From assembly GCA_963790205.1 (NCBI GenBank), contig CAWBNQ010000003.1, positions 288,001-352,000 of the forward strand: a stretch of DNA of 64,000 nt. Direction: 5' to 3'. The first letter of the stretch is position 1, and each line of letters begins with the position of its first letter. This stretch comes from Nitrospirota bacterium. Its GTDB lineage: Bacteria; Nitrospirota; UBA9217. Of the stretch, positions 26,281 to 35,906 are shown piece after piece. The notes beneath the pieces are model-generated. The model saw only the letters and a list, made by a program, of their open reading frames with translations, was not told the DNA's origin and did not search any database. Both the position numbers and the translations under genes were made by a program.

Positions 26281-27978
26281 TCAATTCTTTAATAGATTCC
26301 GCAATACCTTGCATCCGACTTCATTTCCCAAAGCGCACCCTTTCTGCAGGTCCGGCAGGGCAAGCGCATTCTTGCCGGTTTTCAGATAGAGATAGGCGCG
26401 ATTGATGTATGCTTCCGAATTGTTTTTATTTAATTCGGTTGCTTTGTTAAAGTCCTCGAATGCCTTGTCATCACGGTTCTGCAGAAAATAAGCCACCCCC
26501 CTGTTATTATAGGCCATATCAAACCCCGGGCTGATGGAAATTGCACTACTGAAATCGTCTATGGCCGGGCCTAATTGATTTTTTTCGCCGTAGGCAAGCC
26601 CTCGATTATAAAATGCAAGAGGGACCTCCTGACGCCCCGTTTCAATAAGGTAACTCCATAACGAGATCGAATTTTTCCAAAGCCGTATCTGACTGACGGA
26701 GGCATACGACAAAAAAAGAACGATGAGGCAGCACGCAACGATAAAAAAGGATCTCATCACGACTCCCCCTCGCCTCGGGTCAAACGCTTTTCTGAAAAAA
26801 AACGTCAGTCCGATGCCGGCAATCAACAAATAGCCCAAAGTCGGCAAATAAGTATACCGGTCCGCCATTGACTGCCCTCCGACTTGTATAATGCCCAGGA
26901 CGGGAAGCAAGGTCACGACATAATACATCCATACTGCGAGCCATAGTTTCTGCACCTTTGCGACGGCCAGACAAGCGACGGTAACTCCGGCAACGAGCGC
27001 AACGAAAAAAATATATTGTAAGGATAAAAGAGAAACATCCCTGGGATAGGGATAAAAGGGAAGCAAGTCAACAGGTACAAGGACTTTGAAGAAATAAACG
27101 ATAAGAGCTTTGGCGCCCACAACCGCCCGCACTGCCAGGGTCGTATGTTCGAGAGGAACAATCGCATGGCCTGAACGTTGAGCAAGGACCGTTATCACGG
27201 AAGAAAGCAGGCTCAGGAGAAAAAAGGGGATCTTCTCCGTGAAAACAACTTTGAATGCCCGGGCCGAGGGGACCCTTCCGGCCGGGTGCCAATCCAGGAT
27301 TAAAAGAACCGCGGGAAGGGTGACCGCCATCGGTTTGCTTAATAAGGCAAGGACAAAAAATCCAAAGGCAAGAAGATACTGCTTATCGAAGAACCCGTAT
27401 GCCGGCTTCCTCCGGCCCGGTCCATTCCCGGCGGCCCTGTATTTCATATACGACAGGATGCTGAGCAGAAAAAAAAGGGCGCACAGCAGGTCTTTCCTCT
27501 CAGAAACCCATGCCACCGATTCGACATGGAGGGGATGGATCCCGAAAAGCAGGCCTGTTGTCGCCCCGGTCATTAATTTTGTTCTTTCATTCCAAAAAGG
27601 GTCCGGAGTTCCCTGCCGTCCTGTTGATTCTTCAAAAACCTCCACCAGCTTCACCACAAGAAGAACGACCACGAACGTGTTGATTGCATGAATGATATTA
27701 TTGGTCAGGTGGTGCCCGAAAGGATCAAGCCCCCATATCGCATAGTCGATTGCATGAGAGAGCCACGTAAGCGGATGCCAGTTGGCGGCATGAAAATCGA
27801 AAAATGCCCATCGGAACAGCTGCAGGTTGAATGTCCGAACAGGGAGGTTCTCATAAACATAGTCGTTGTCATCCCAGTTAATGAATCCGTTTCGGAGGGC
27901 GGGCACATAGACCAGGAAAGCAAATAGCGCGATCGAGCCCGCTACAAGGTATTTCTTATTAGTTGGCAGGTTATTCAT
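26281..27978 (-). CDS. TMTC-like GT-C family membrane glycosyltransferase with C-terminal TPR repeats
   Basis: FINWDDNDYV loop after TM1, NWHPLTWLSH, HPLHVESVAWVSERKDLL, LLSKPMAVTLP, ADRYTYLP; ~11 TM segments; TPRs (AFYNRGLAY, AYNNRGVAY, AYINRAYLY). Confidence 0.8.
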   Translation of the reverse strand: MNNLPTNKKYLVAGSIALFAFLVYVPALRNGFINWDDNDYVYENLPVRTFNLQLFRWAFFDFHAANWHPLTWLSHAIDYAIWGLDPFGHHLTNNIIHAINTFVVVLLVVKLVEVFEESTGRQGTPDPFWNERTKLMTGATTGLLFGIHPLHVESVAWVSERKDLLCALFFLLSILSYMKYRAAGNGPGRRKPAYGFFDKQYLLAFGFFVLALLSKPMAVTLPAVLLILDWHPAGRVPSARAFKVVFTEKIPFFLLSLLSSVITVLAQRSGHAIVPLEHTTLAVRAVVGAKALIVYFFKVLVPVDLLPFYPYPRDVSLLSLQYIFFVALVAGVTVACLAVAKVQKLWLAVWMYYVVTLLPVLGIIQVGGQSMADRYTYLPTLGYLLIAGIGLTFFFRKAFDPRRGGVVMRSFFIVACCLIVLFLSYASVSQIRLWKNSISLWSYLIETGRQEVPLAFYNRGLAYGEKNQLGPAIDDFSSAISISPGFDMAYNNRGVAYFLQNRDDKAFEDFNKATELNKNNSEAYINRAYLYLKTGKNALALPDLQKGCALGNEVGCKVLRNLLKN

Positions 27979-28270
27979 TTATCGGCGAGGATGGACGAGC
28001 GAAATGATCATGACTCCGGCGCTCCCGGGCAGCAGGGGACGGAAGGTTGTGCGCGCGTTTGTGAGGCGAGGGCGCGCTTCTACCCGGCAATGAGCTTGTT
28101 GCTGCCTCCACCCCCGCGGGGTCGGATATCAGTCTCAAGTGATCCCCAATCGGGTTTTTTCCTTCAAGTCTGTGAAACCGTTGGTCTTTCAGGAGCGAAC
28201 GAGGAAAAGCCCGCGCGAACAAAGCCGCTGACGTTGAAACGGGATTATGGTCATGTGCCGCGCCCGGGGG

Positions 28271-28561
28271 TCACACAAACTTCATCTGGACCCGGAATTT
28301 ATTCGACGATTCGACGATCCACATCACAACGCCCACTTTAGACGCGTTCCCATGGCCGAGCCGGACCCTGTCCCCGGGTTGCAACGGAACATGGGTCAGC
28401 ATACCGGTCCCGCCGCTGTCCAGGTCGATCAGGGTGCCGGTATTCCTCGGTCCCCTGAGGTGCTCATCGCCGAAGTCGGCATATTTATCGACGACAATGA
28501 ACTCGACTTCATCGGCATGCTGTTCGTTCAAAGGCGAGTTTTCCGTGTCCGCGAACGTCAT
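28271..28561 (-). CDS. Small PilZ-like domain protein
   Basis: GTLIDLDSGGTGMLTHVPLQPGDRVRL..GVVMW resembles the PilZ barrel; ATGA overlap with the upstream cytochrome; no RxxxR motif. Confidence 0.6.
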   Translation of the reverse strand: MTFADTENSPLNEQHADEVEFIVVDKYADFGDEHLRGPRNTGTLIDLDSGGTGMLTHVPLQPGDRVRLGHGNASKVGVVMWIVESSNKFRVQMKFV

Positions 28562-29901
28562 TTCTTCTTTGCCTTGCCTTTTTCCGGCGCTGCTTCCTTG
28601 CCCGGTGTTTTTCTGTCATAGGAGACTTTCTGATGACATCCCGGAGCGCAACTGCCGCCTGTGTCGGTCTTGACGAAATTCAAGGGCAAATTCCATTTGC
28701 CGAAGGGGACGCTGTTTGCGATCAGCTTGGGGTTCTCGCTGGCATGCACCATATGGCAGACCTTGCAGCGTTTGCCGCGGTCCTTCCGGTTGACATGAAG
28801 ATAATGCAGGTTCCGGTCGCCGTCCCGGAACCCCGTCGCGTAGGACGTGGTGGGAAATCTGAGCATGTCGCGGTTATGGCAGCTGAAGCAAAGCTGGAAT
28901 GAATTGTCATTGTAGGACACATAGAAGTCGGTCGAGTAGGGTTTGATCAGGTTCTTGTCGTACGGCGTCCCGTGCGGGTCGTGGCAGGCCGTGCACGACC
29001 CGTCCCTGATGGGGCCGTGGAGCACGGTCTGGTTCTTTTTGATGAGGTCCTTGTGGCAGTCGAGGCAAAGGTCCTTGCCGGCCTTCGGCAGGAGCTTCGG
29101 CGCGTCACTCGCATGGGGGTTGTGGCAGGTCGCACAGCCCCGCTCCGACTGCACCGGCGCGTGGACGCGCTTCGCAGTCTTGATCTTGTCCTGGATGTCC
29201 GGATGGCATTGAAAGCAGAGCCCGGCGCCTTCCGCGGCAAAAAACTTTTTAAAGGGGGAGCCGTGCGGGTTGTGACACGAGGTGCACCCCATTTCAAGCG
29301 CCGGGTGCACGTATTTCTTCTTGATGGCGGCCTCCATATCGCCGTGACACATAAAGCAAAGGTCAGGGGTGGGCTTGACCAGCAGGCGCTCGTTGTTCGA
29401 TTCGTGCGGGCTGTGGCAGAAGGTGCAGTCGCCCGTGGCCGCGGGTCCGTGGGCATACTTGAAGCCGATCTTGTCGGGATGGCACGAGGTGCAGAGGTCT
29501 TTCAGGGGCTGCACGAGGAGCTTCGGCTGTGCCGAGTCGTGGGGATTATGGCAGGTCGTGCACATCCCGTCTTTTACGGGCGGATGTATGTCTTTCATGG
29601 CGCCGAACTGCGTGTGACACTGATAACACAATCCGGGGACCTCCTGGGTGAGCTTGAAGGTCTTTGTCTTTTTCTGGGGGTGTGGCGTGGCGATCGACTG
29701 GTGGCACGTATCGCAGGGGTCCGTCGCCGGGTGGATATATTTGGTTTTCAACAGGTCCTGATGGCATTTTGCGGTCACGCAGCCCTGTTCAGCGGGCGCG
29801 GCAGGTGCGACGACCCCGTATGCAAAGAGAAGGGTCAGGGAAAAAAGGACCAAGAGGATCGGCAGAACAGCTATTTTTTTCATAGGCCACGATTTTATCA
29901 C
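28558..29901 (-). CDS. Periplasmic multiheme cytochrome c (13 CxxCH + CX4CH + CX3CH)
   Basis: GTG 29901 after GGAGG (ATG 29883 alternative); signal peptide; repeated paired units H.P...CxxCHxPH...LCxxCH. Confidence 0.92.
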   Translation of the reverse strand: MIKSWPMKKIAVLPILLVLFSLTLLFAYGVVAPAAPAEQGCVTAKCHQDLLKTKYIHPATDPCDTCHQSIATPHPQKKTKTFKLTQEVPGLCYQCHTQFGAMKDIHPPVKDGMCTTCHNPHDSAQPKLLVQPLKDLCTSCHPDKIGFKYAHGPAATGDCTFCHSPHESNNERLLVKPTPDLCFMCHGDMEAAIKKKYVHPALEMGCTSCHNPHGSPFKKFFAAEGAGLCFQCHPDIQDKIKTAKRVHAPVQSERGCATCHNPHASDAPKLLPKAGKDLCLDCHKDLIKKNQTVLHGPIRDGSCTACHDPHGTPYDKNLIKPYSTDFYVSYNDNSFQLCFSCHNRDMLRFPTTSYATGFRDGDRNLHYLHVNRKDRGKRCKVCHMVHASENPKLIANSVPFGKWNLPLNFVKTDTGGSCAPGCHQKVSYDRKTPGKEAAPEKGKAKKK

Positions 29902-30357
29902 TTTACGCCTCCATAACAACTAGCAAAAATTAGACCATAAGTCTGACGGGTTGAGGATTTACGCCTTTAAACGGGGGAAAACCGTCATGAAGCTCAAAAA
30001 TGTCGCCAGCCGTGGTTTTCAACCCGCCGAAGCTAATAATATTCCGTCTTTCCAGTCAGTTGACCGCTTCCTTCGTTCGTTGAGACGCCAATCATGTTTA
30101 TTTACCCAAAACAGCGGTCCGACTCGTTTCAAACGAAAAATACGGGAGGAGCAAATTCAAACCCGAGTCGGGTAAAAAATAAGCAGGCATCAGGTGATAT
30201 GACGCCACAGCAGAGTTATATCACTCCGGGGAGATAATTTCCATTCTTGATCCAGCTCTAACCTTATCGAGACATGGTCTTTGGAGCGGAAAGACGGACG
30301 CGTGCTCTCTCTCCCGAGTCGCACGCATTGGCTGGCACTCGTGATTTCCGTAATTTG

Positions 30358-31011
30358 TTATTCCGCGGGTGCCGGCGGTGGCGGCGGGGGGGGTGGCTTA
30401 TTGGGCGCCCATGTCCCCCATGGTGTTATTCTAGACTGGTCGGATGTCGCTCCAGACTGGCCGGATATCGCTCCAGACTGGCCGGGTGTCGCTCCAGACT
30501 GGCCGGCTGTCGCTCCTGGCTGACCGGGTATCGCTCCAGGCTGGCCAAGCGCTAGTTTATACACAAACTGCCATTCGCTGTACTTGGTCTTTCCTTCAAA
30601 ATCCTGGTCCTGCTCGGGAAAGTTTGCCTGCTTGAGCGGCTCTTTCTCGCTGGGGCTATATACGCCGATGATACGGTTCGTGGCGGGGTCGCGCATCTCC
30701 GTGAAGTCTTTTCCGCTGATCGGGTCTTTGTATTTCTGCCGCAGGTAGTGTGCCGAGGCGGTCTTTGGGTCCTTGACCAGATCGTCGATGCTTTGCGGGA
30801 AACCGGAATTGGCCTTCACGTATCGCGCGATAGCCGTACGGTATTGGTCGCCGCGGAAGAGTAACTCCTTCTCCTTTTCCCGGAGCGAGATATTCGACCA
30901 GTACCTGGTCGCGGCGCCCAGTGATATCCCGATGATGATGATCACGACGAGAAGGGCGAGGTAGGCGAAACCCCGGCTGCCCCAAAAGGGCTTGTACGCG
31001 AAAAGAGGCAT
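30358..31011 (-). CDS. Type II secretion / type IV pilin-like pseudopilin with low-complexity C-terminal tail
   Basis: Probable start ATG 31011; class III signal RG|FAYLALLVVIIIIGISL; EKELLFRGDQYRTAI..YLRQKYKDPI; GQxGAxx repeats and poly-Pro tail. Confidence 0.78.
   Translation of the reverse strand: MPLFAYKPFWGSRGFAYLALLVVIIIIGISLGAATRYWSNISLREKEKELLFRGDQYRTAIARYVKANSGFPQSIDDLVKDPKTASAHYLRQKYKDPISGKDFTEMRDPATNRIIGVYSPSEKEPLKQANFPEQDQDFEGKTKYSEWQFVYKLALGQPGAIPGQPGATAGQSGATPGQSGAISGQSGATSDQSRITPWGTWAPNKPPPPPPPPAPAE
30433..30546. repeat. 21-bp coding tandem repeat (~5.4 copies)
   Basis: Unit agactggccggatatcgctcc and variants; encodes GQ(S/P)GA(T/I)x on the minus strand. Confidence 0.9.
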
Positions 31012-31286
31012 GAGGGATAATAACAGATTTCCGGCGGCGAAGTCAATAAGAGGAAAAGGGCAAAAAAGACGTACGGCAAAAAATGTCCGAATGGGCATAA
31101 ACATTAGCATAGACAAACGCATGCTGATACGGTATTATGTAACCTTCGTACTGTAACAAGGGAAACGAAGCATCCATCAGGGGTCAAGGCAATTTTGCTT
31201 TGGCGCGCGCATGACGCCAGGGTCGCCGTACACATTCTGCCCCCTGCAAACGTATCCATCCTATCTTCTCTTCAGATAGGCCCGCG

Positions 31287-31323
31287 GGCCATCAGGGGAC
31301 ACTTTCTGATGGCCTTTTTGTTT
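31287..31323 (+). terminator. Terminator-like hairpin in the leader of the DEAD-box helicase gene
   Basis: ggccatcag..ctgatggcc stem followed by tttttgttt, ~65 nt before the start. Confidence 0.55.
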
Positions 31324-31389
31324 ATGCGGCGGCCGCCCCGGCGACAGGGGTGAGCGCCTTATTGAATGTCGCCCAGAAAGAAGGTTTCA

Positions 31390-32703
31390 GTGAATTTCAG
31401 TTCGTTCAAGCTCCACCCGCAGATCGCGGCCGGCGTCAAGGCGCTCGGCTACCTTACCCCAACCCCCATCCAGCTTCAGGCGATCCCGCCGGTCATGCAG
31501 GGTCTTGACGTCATGGGTCTGGCCCAGACCGGGACCGGAAAGACCGCGGCCTTTGTGCTGCCCATCCTCGAACGCCTGCTCATGGGCCCGCGCGGCAAGG
31601 TCCGCGCCCTGATCATCGCGCCGACGCGAGAGCTGGCAGAGCAGATCCACGTATCCATCGTTGCGCTTGGCCGGGACACGAAACTGCGGAGCGTCACGGT
31701 CTACGGCGGCGTGAGCGTGAACCCGCAGATCCAGAAATTGCGCGACGGCGTCGAGATCGTCGTGGCTTGCCCCGGCCGCCTCCTCGACCATATCAACCAA
31801 CGTACGATCGATCTCTCGCACCTGGAAGTCCTCGTGCTGGACGAGGCGGACCGGATGTTCGACATGGGGTTTTTACCCGATATCCGCCGGATCATCAGAC
31901 ATGTGCCCGCGAAGCGCCAGACGCTCATGTTCTCGGCAACCATGGCCGATGATATCCGCAAGCTTGCGCACGAGGTCCTGCATACGCCGGTCACGATACA
32001 GGTCAATCCGTCCGCGCCGGCGAGCACGGTCGCGCACGCGCTCTATCCGGTCCCGCAGCACCTCAAGACCCCGCTCCTCCTGGAACTGTTAAAGCATACC
32101 GATACGGAGTCCGTCCTGATTTTCACGCGCACGAAGCACCGCGCCAAGCGCGTGGGGCAGCAGCTCGAAAAGGCCGGCTACCGCGCCGCATCGCTCCAGG
32201 GCAACCTGTCGCAGAACAGGCGCCAGGCGGCGCTCGACGGGTTCCGGAGCGGTTCGCATCAGATCCTCGTGGCGACCGACATCGCTGCGCGCGGCATCGA
32301 CGTTTCCCTGATTTCCCACGTCATCAACTACGATATCCCCGACACGACCGACGCGTACACTCACCGGATCGGCCGCACGGGCCGCGCTGCGAAGACCGGC
32401 GACGCTTTCACCTTCGTTACCCGCGAGGACGAGGACACGGTCCGGAGCATCGAGCGCGTCCTCGGAGAGAAGATCGAGCGCCGCACGCTGAAGGATTTCG
32501 ATTATAAAAAAGCGGCGCCGGCGCGCGATATTGAGTTTGCGCGTCCGCCCCGCGAACAGCAGCGACGCAGCACCCAGAAGAGACCGGAGCAGGTCCAGGC
32601 GCACACGCCCCGGACCGGCACGCATCATGGTCAGGCCGCGGCCCATCCCGCAGGAGCGCGGACCTTCAAACCACGCACGCACAGGCCGGGCCCCGTCCGC
32701 TGA
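31390..32703 (+). CDS. rhlE: DEAD-box ATP-dependent RNA helicase (RhlE-like)
   Basis: Q motif PTPIQ, AQTGTGKT, PTRELA, DEAD, SAT, ARGID, HRIGRTGR; start GTG 31390 or ATG 31366. Confidence 0.92.
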   Translation: MNFSSFKLHPQIAAGVKALGYLTPTPIQLQAIPPVMQGLDVMGLAQTGTGKTAAFVLPILERLLMGPRGKVRALIIAPTRELAEQIHVSIVALGRDTKLRSVTVYGGVSVNPQIQKLRDGVEIVVACPGRLLDHINQRTIDLSHLEVLVLDEADRMFDMGFLPDIRRIIRHVPAKRQTLMFSATMADDIRKLAHEVLHTPVTIQVNPSAPASTVAHALYPVPQHLKTPLLLELLKHTDTESVLIFTRTKHRAKRVGQQLEKAGYRAASLQGNLSQNRRQAALDGFRSGSHQILVATDIAARGIDVSLISHVINYDIPDTTDAYTHRIGRTGRAAKTGDAFTFVTREDEDTVRSIERVLGEKIERRTLKDFDYKKAAPARDIEFARPPREQQRRSTQKRPEQVQAHTPRTGTHHGQAAAHPAGARTFKPRTHRPGPVR

Positions 32704-32737
32704 GGCTGTCTCTTCACGCGTGGGCGTGCTGAGCGCT

Positions 32738-32775
32738 AAAAAAAGGCCGCCGGCAAGAGCACGGGCGGCCTTTTT
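32738..32775. terminator. Bidirectional terminator between convergent rhlE and msrAB
   Basis: aaaaaggccgcc..ggcggccttttt. Confidence 0.75.
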
Positions 32776-32798
32776 CATAAGTGTATTGACTTGACTGC

Positions 32799-33875
32799 TT
32801 ACTTCTCGAAAAGCTTCGCGTATTTCCCATATCCTTCCTTCACCAGGTCTTCCTTCGGAATGAACCTGAGAGCCGCCGAATTCATGCAATAGCGAAGGCC
32901 CGTTGGCGGGGGGCCGTCGTTAAAAACATGGCCCAGGTGCGAGCCGGCGTGTTTGCTCCGGACCTCGGTCCTGACCGCGAGGTACCACGTCCGGTCCTCC
33001 TTGGTCACGATGTTGCCGGGTTCGAGGGGCCGGCTGAAGCTCGGCCATCCCGTGCCGGATTCGTATTTATCGAGTGAGCTGAACAGGGGTTCGCCCGAGA
33101 CGATATCGACGTAGATGCCTGCTTTATGATTGTCCCAGTACTCGTTTCTGAAGGCCGGCTCGGTCCCGCCCTCCTGCGTTACCTCGTACTGCATCGAGGT
33201 CAGCTTCTTTTTTAATTCCTCCCGGGAAGGTTTCACATAAGAGCCTTCGACTTTTCCGCTCTGCGTTGCCTTGTCCTGTCCCCAGATCTTTTCCAGATAC
33301 TGGTCGCGGCCCGAATTAAAGCGGTAGAACTTGTAGCGGAGGGGATTCTTCTTCCAGTAATCCTGGTGATAATCCTCGGCCCGGTAAAAGGGCCCGGCGG
33401 GACGTATCTCGGTGACGATGGGTTTATCGAAACGGCCGGACTCCGCGAGCTTCTTCTTCGATTCTTCGGCAAGTCTCTTCTGCTCTTCATTGTGGTAGAA
33501 GATGGCGGACTGATACGACGGTCCGCGGTCCACGAATTGGCCTCCCGCATCAGTGGGGTTGATCTGCCTCCAGAAGACATCAAGGAGCTTTTCGTAGCTC
33601 ACCTTCGATGGATCATAGATGACTTCCACCGACTCCAGGTGGCCGGTGGTCTCGGAAGTCACTTCCTCATAGGTGGGGTTGACCGTGTGCCCCCCGGTGT
33701 AGCCGGAGACGACCTCTTTCACCCCGTCCAGTTTCTCGAAGGGCGGAGTCATGCACCAGAAGCAGCCCCCCGCAAAGGTCGCTTTTTCAAGGCGCTGAGC
33801 GCCGCCTGCAGCGGTTTGCGCAACAACGATGAGCGGGAAAAGAACCAACGACCCTATGAACAGTTTCCAAAACAT
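32799..33875 (-). CDS. msrAB: Exported bifunctional peptide methionine sulfoxide reductase MsrA/MsrB
   Basis: Signal peptide; Msr[15 protein letters not shown]; MsrB GTGWPSF, HLGHVF, RYCMNS. Confidence 0.95.
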   Translation of the reverse strand: MFWKLFIGSLVLFPLIVVAQTAAGGAQRLEKATFAGGCFWCMTPPFEKLDGVKEVVSGYTGGHTVNPTYEEVTSETTGHLESVEVIYDPSKVSYEKLLDVFWRQINPTDAGGQFVDRGPSYQSAIFYHNEEQKRLAEESKKKLAESGRFDKPIVTEIRPAGPFYRAEDYHQDYWKKNPLRYKFYRFNSGRDQYLEKIWGQDKATQSGKVEGSYVKPSREELKKKLTSMQYEVTQEGGTEPAFRNEYWDNHKAGIYVDIVSGEPLFSSLDKYESGTGWPSFSRPLEPGNIVTKEDRTWYLAVRTEVRSKHAGSHLGHVFNDGPPPTGLRYCMNSAALRFIPKEDLVKEGYGKYAKLFEK

Positions 33876-33988
33876 GACAATGTTCCTCCTCTTTCTACCT
33901 TTTATTATACACCTTTATCCTGCGAGAAAACGACCGGCCTTCTTTTCTTGTTGTAATAACCGCTCTTTTGGAATAAATTATATTGTCT

Positions 33989-35023
33989 ATGTCCGACCAC
34001 AATATCCCCTATAAGGTCAGGGTCCTGGCGCTGACGGCCCTCATGGTTTTTATCTGGCTCGTCGTGGGTATGGTCTACACGGAACGGTTCATCGCCCCCC
34101 TTGGCCGCCTTGAGCTGTGGTTGATGCCCTGGAAGGGGGCAATACCCCCGGGGGCCGGCCTCGACAAGCGTCTTTCCATCATGCAGGACCAGCTCGACGC
34201 GTCCAACAGGGTCTCCTATTACGCGCTGGTGGCCATGATCGTGTCCTTCGCAGCCTTTATCGTGAACCTGTCGATCGTTTACCAGCAAAAGCAGCGGAGG
34301 GCGCGGGAGAACATGTTTCTCACGCTGAAAAACCGGGAGATCGCGCGGCGAAACGAATTTATCCGCTATATCTCGGCCACCATCGGCCACGAATTCAAGA
34401 ACAATCTCGGAAGGATAAAGCGAAGGATCGACCTGCTCCCCGGCCTTCCCCGGGACGCCCAGAAACGCATCGACGACAACCTGGACAAACTGTTCGCCGA
34501 CATCGATATCTTCAAAAAAATTTCGGACGAGCGCGAAGCCGGCCTGGTCGAGTTCCAGAATACCGATCTCAAGGCCATGCTGGACGTCCTGGCGGCGCAG
34601 TACGCCGATCTGGCGGACATCGAGGTTCACGAGAGAGCCGCCATCCCGATGATCTATGCCGCCCCGCCGCTCTTGAAGACGGTGTTCGAAAATGTGGTCG
34701 ACAATGCCGTCAAATACAAAAAGGCGGGACAGCCCCGAGCGCGCGTACAGGTTTCCTCCACGATCGAGAGCGACGGCAGCAGACGATACGTGACGGTTTC
34801 CGTGCGGGACGAGGGGGTCGGCATGGATGAACAGCAGGCCGATCAGTGTTTTTACAAGGGGAAGGGCCTTGGCGAGAACTGGGGACAGGGCCTCTATTTT
34901 GCCAAATACGTCGTGGGCCTTCATGCAGGCAAAATCAGGATCGGCAAGGAATATACGGCGCCGGGGAGAGGCGCGGAAATAATCATCAATCTGCCCTTTG
35001 TCGAGGAGGCGACGGATGTTTAA
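33989..35023 (+). CDS. Sensor histidine kinase (2 TM)
   Basis: Two TM helices, IGHEFKNNL H-box, NVVDNAVKY, DEGVGM, GQGLY. Confidence 0.85.
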   Translation: MSDHNIPYKVRVLALTALMVFIWLVVGMVYTERFIAPLGRLELWLMPWKGAIPPGAGLDKRLSIMQDQLDASNRVSYYALVAMIVSFAAFIVNLSIVYQQKQRRARENMFLTLKNREIARRNEFIRYISATIGHEFKNNLGRIKRRIDLLPGLPRDAQKRIDDNLDKLFADIDIFKKISDEREAGLVEFQNTDLKAMLDVLAAQYADLADIEVHERAAIPMIYAAPPLLKTVFENVVDNAVKYKKAGQPRARVQVSSTIESDGSRRYVTVSVRDEGVGMDEQQADQCFYKGKGLGENWGQGLYFAKYVVGLHAGKIRIGKEYTAPGRGAEIIINLPFVEEATDV

Positions 35024-35906
35024 GGTGCTGATCGCCGACGACGATTTCGAGGATCGGGAGCTCCTGAAACTCGAAATTCAGCGGGCCCTCAAGGGGGACG
35101 ACCCCGACCTCCGGTTTCACGAGGCGGTCAGCGTCAGGGAGGCCGTCAAGGCCCTGACAACGCAGGTCTTCGATCTCATGACGCTCGACATCGAGTTCGA
35201 CAAAATGAATGAAGGGATCGATGCTTTGCCGGAGCTCTTTGAGACCCATCCGGCGCTGAACATCATCGTCATCAGCGGCAAGCTTGACAAAAGCGAGGTT
35301 TCGGAGCGCCTCTTCCGCTTCACCAAGGACAACGTGCTGAAGGGCAAACGCTGGGCCAGGCATTTCGACGTGCTCGACAAGAAGGATGACAAGACCGAGG
35401 CACTGCGGCGCGCCCATGCGTTCGCCGTGAAGCAGCGGGAGGGAGCGGACAGCCTCCGCGAGCTGTTTCTCCTTGCCGAATCCTATCTCGAGAAGAACAT
35501 GCTCGACAAATGCCTGGGAGTCTATCAAAAAATACAGCGTCTGGCCCCCGGGGAAATCGAGTCCACGGAAAACATCCGCATCGTCCAGGGAGAGGTATCG
35601 CCCGAGCAGGCGCTTGAATATCACCGGAGAGGGGAAAAGCTCGTGGCCTCCCTCCTGCTGGGCTATTATCTGGAAAACCGCCTGAGGGCGTTCACGAGCG
35701 CGGCGCTTGGACGGACGTTCGTGATCCTTTCCGATGGCCTGAAGTCTATGGAACAGGGCCGCCGCATAAGCCACTTCAGGAAAGGCCTGTTCCGAGAGTT
35801 GCTGGGACTGCGGAACAAGGCCATCCATCAGCCGGCAGCCGTCACGGAGAGCGATTTCAAGGCGGCCGTCAAAAAACTGGAACTCCTGGAGGAAACCGCG
35901 CCATGA
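35016..35906 (+). CDS. Response regulator: REC + TPR-like helix pair + C-terminal helical (HEPN/DUF4145-like) domain
   Basis: MFKVLIADDD..MTLDI..VISG receiver; overlaps the kinase stop; C-terminus LENRLR..LRNKAIH. Confidence 0.75.
   Translation: MFKVLIADDDFEDRELLKLEIQRALKGDDPDLRFHEAVSVREAVKALTTQVFDLMTLDIEFDKMNEGIDALPELFETHPALNIIVISGKLDKSEVSERLFRFTKDNVLKGKRWARHFDVLDKKDDKTEALRRAHAFAVKQREGADSLRELFLLAESYLEKNMLDKCLGVYQKIQRLAPGEIESTENIRIVQGEVSPEQALEYHRRGEKLVASLLLGYYLENRLRAFTSAALGRTFVILSDGLKSMEQGRRISHFRKGLFRELLGLRNKAIHQPAAVTESDFKAAVKKLELLEETAP

Noticed and set aside
30433..30546. CRISPR array
   Set aside because: 21-bp head-to-tail units with no spacers, in frame within a CDS; no cas genes.
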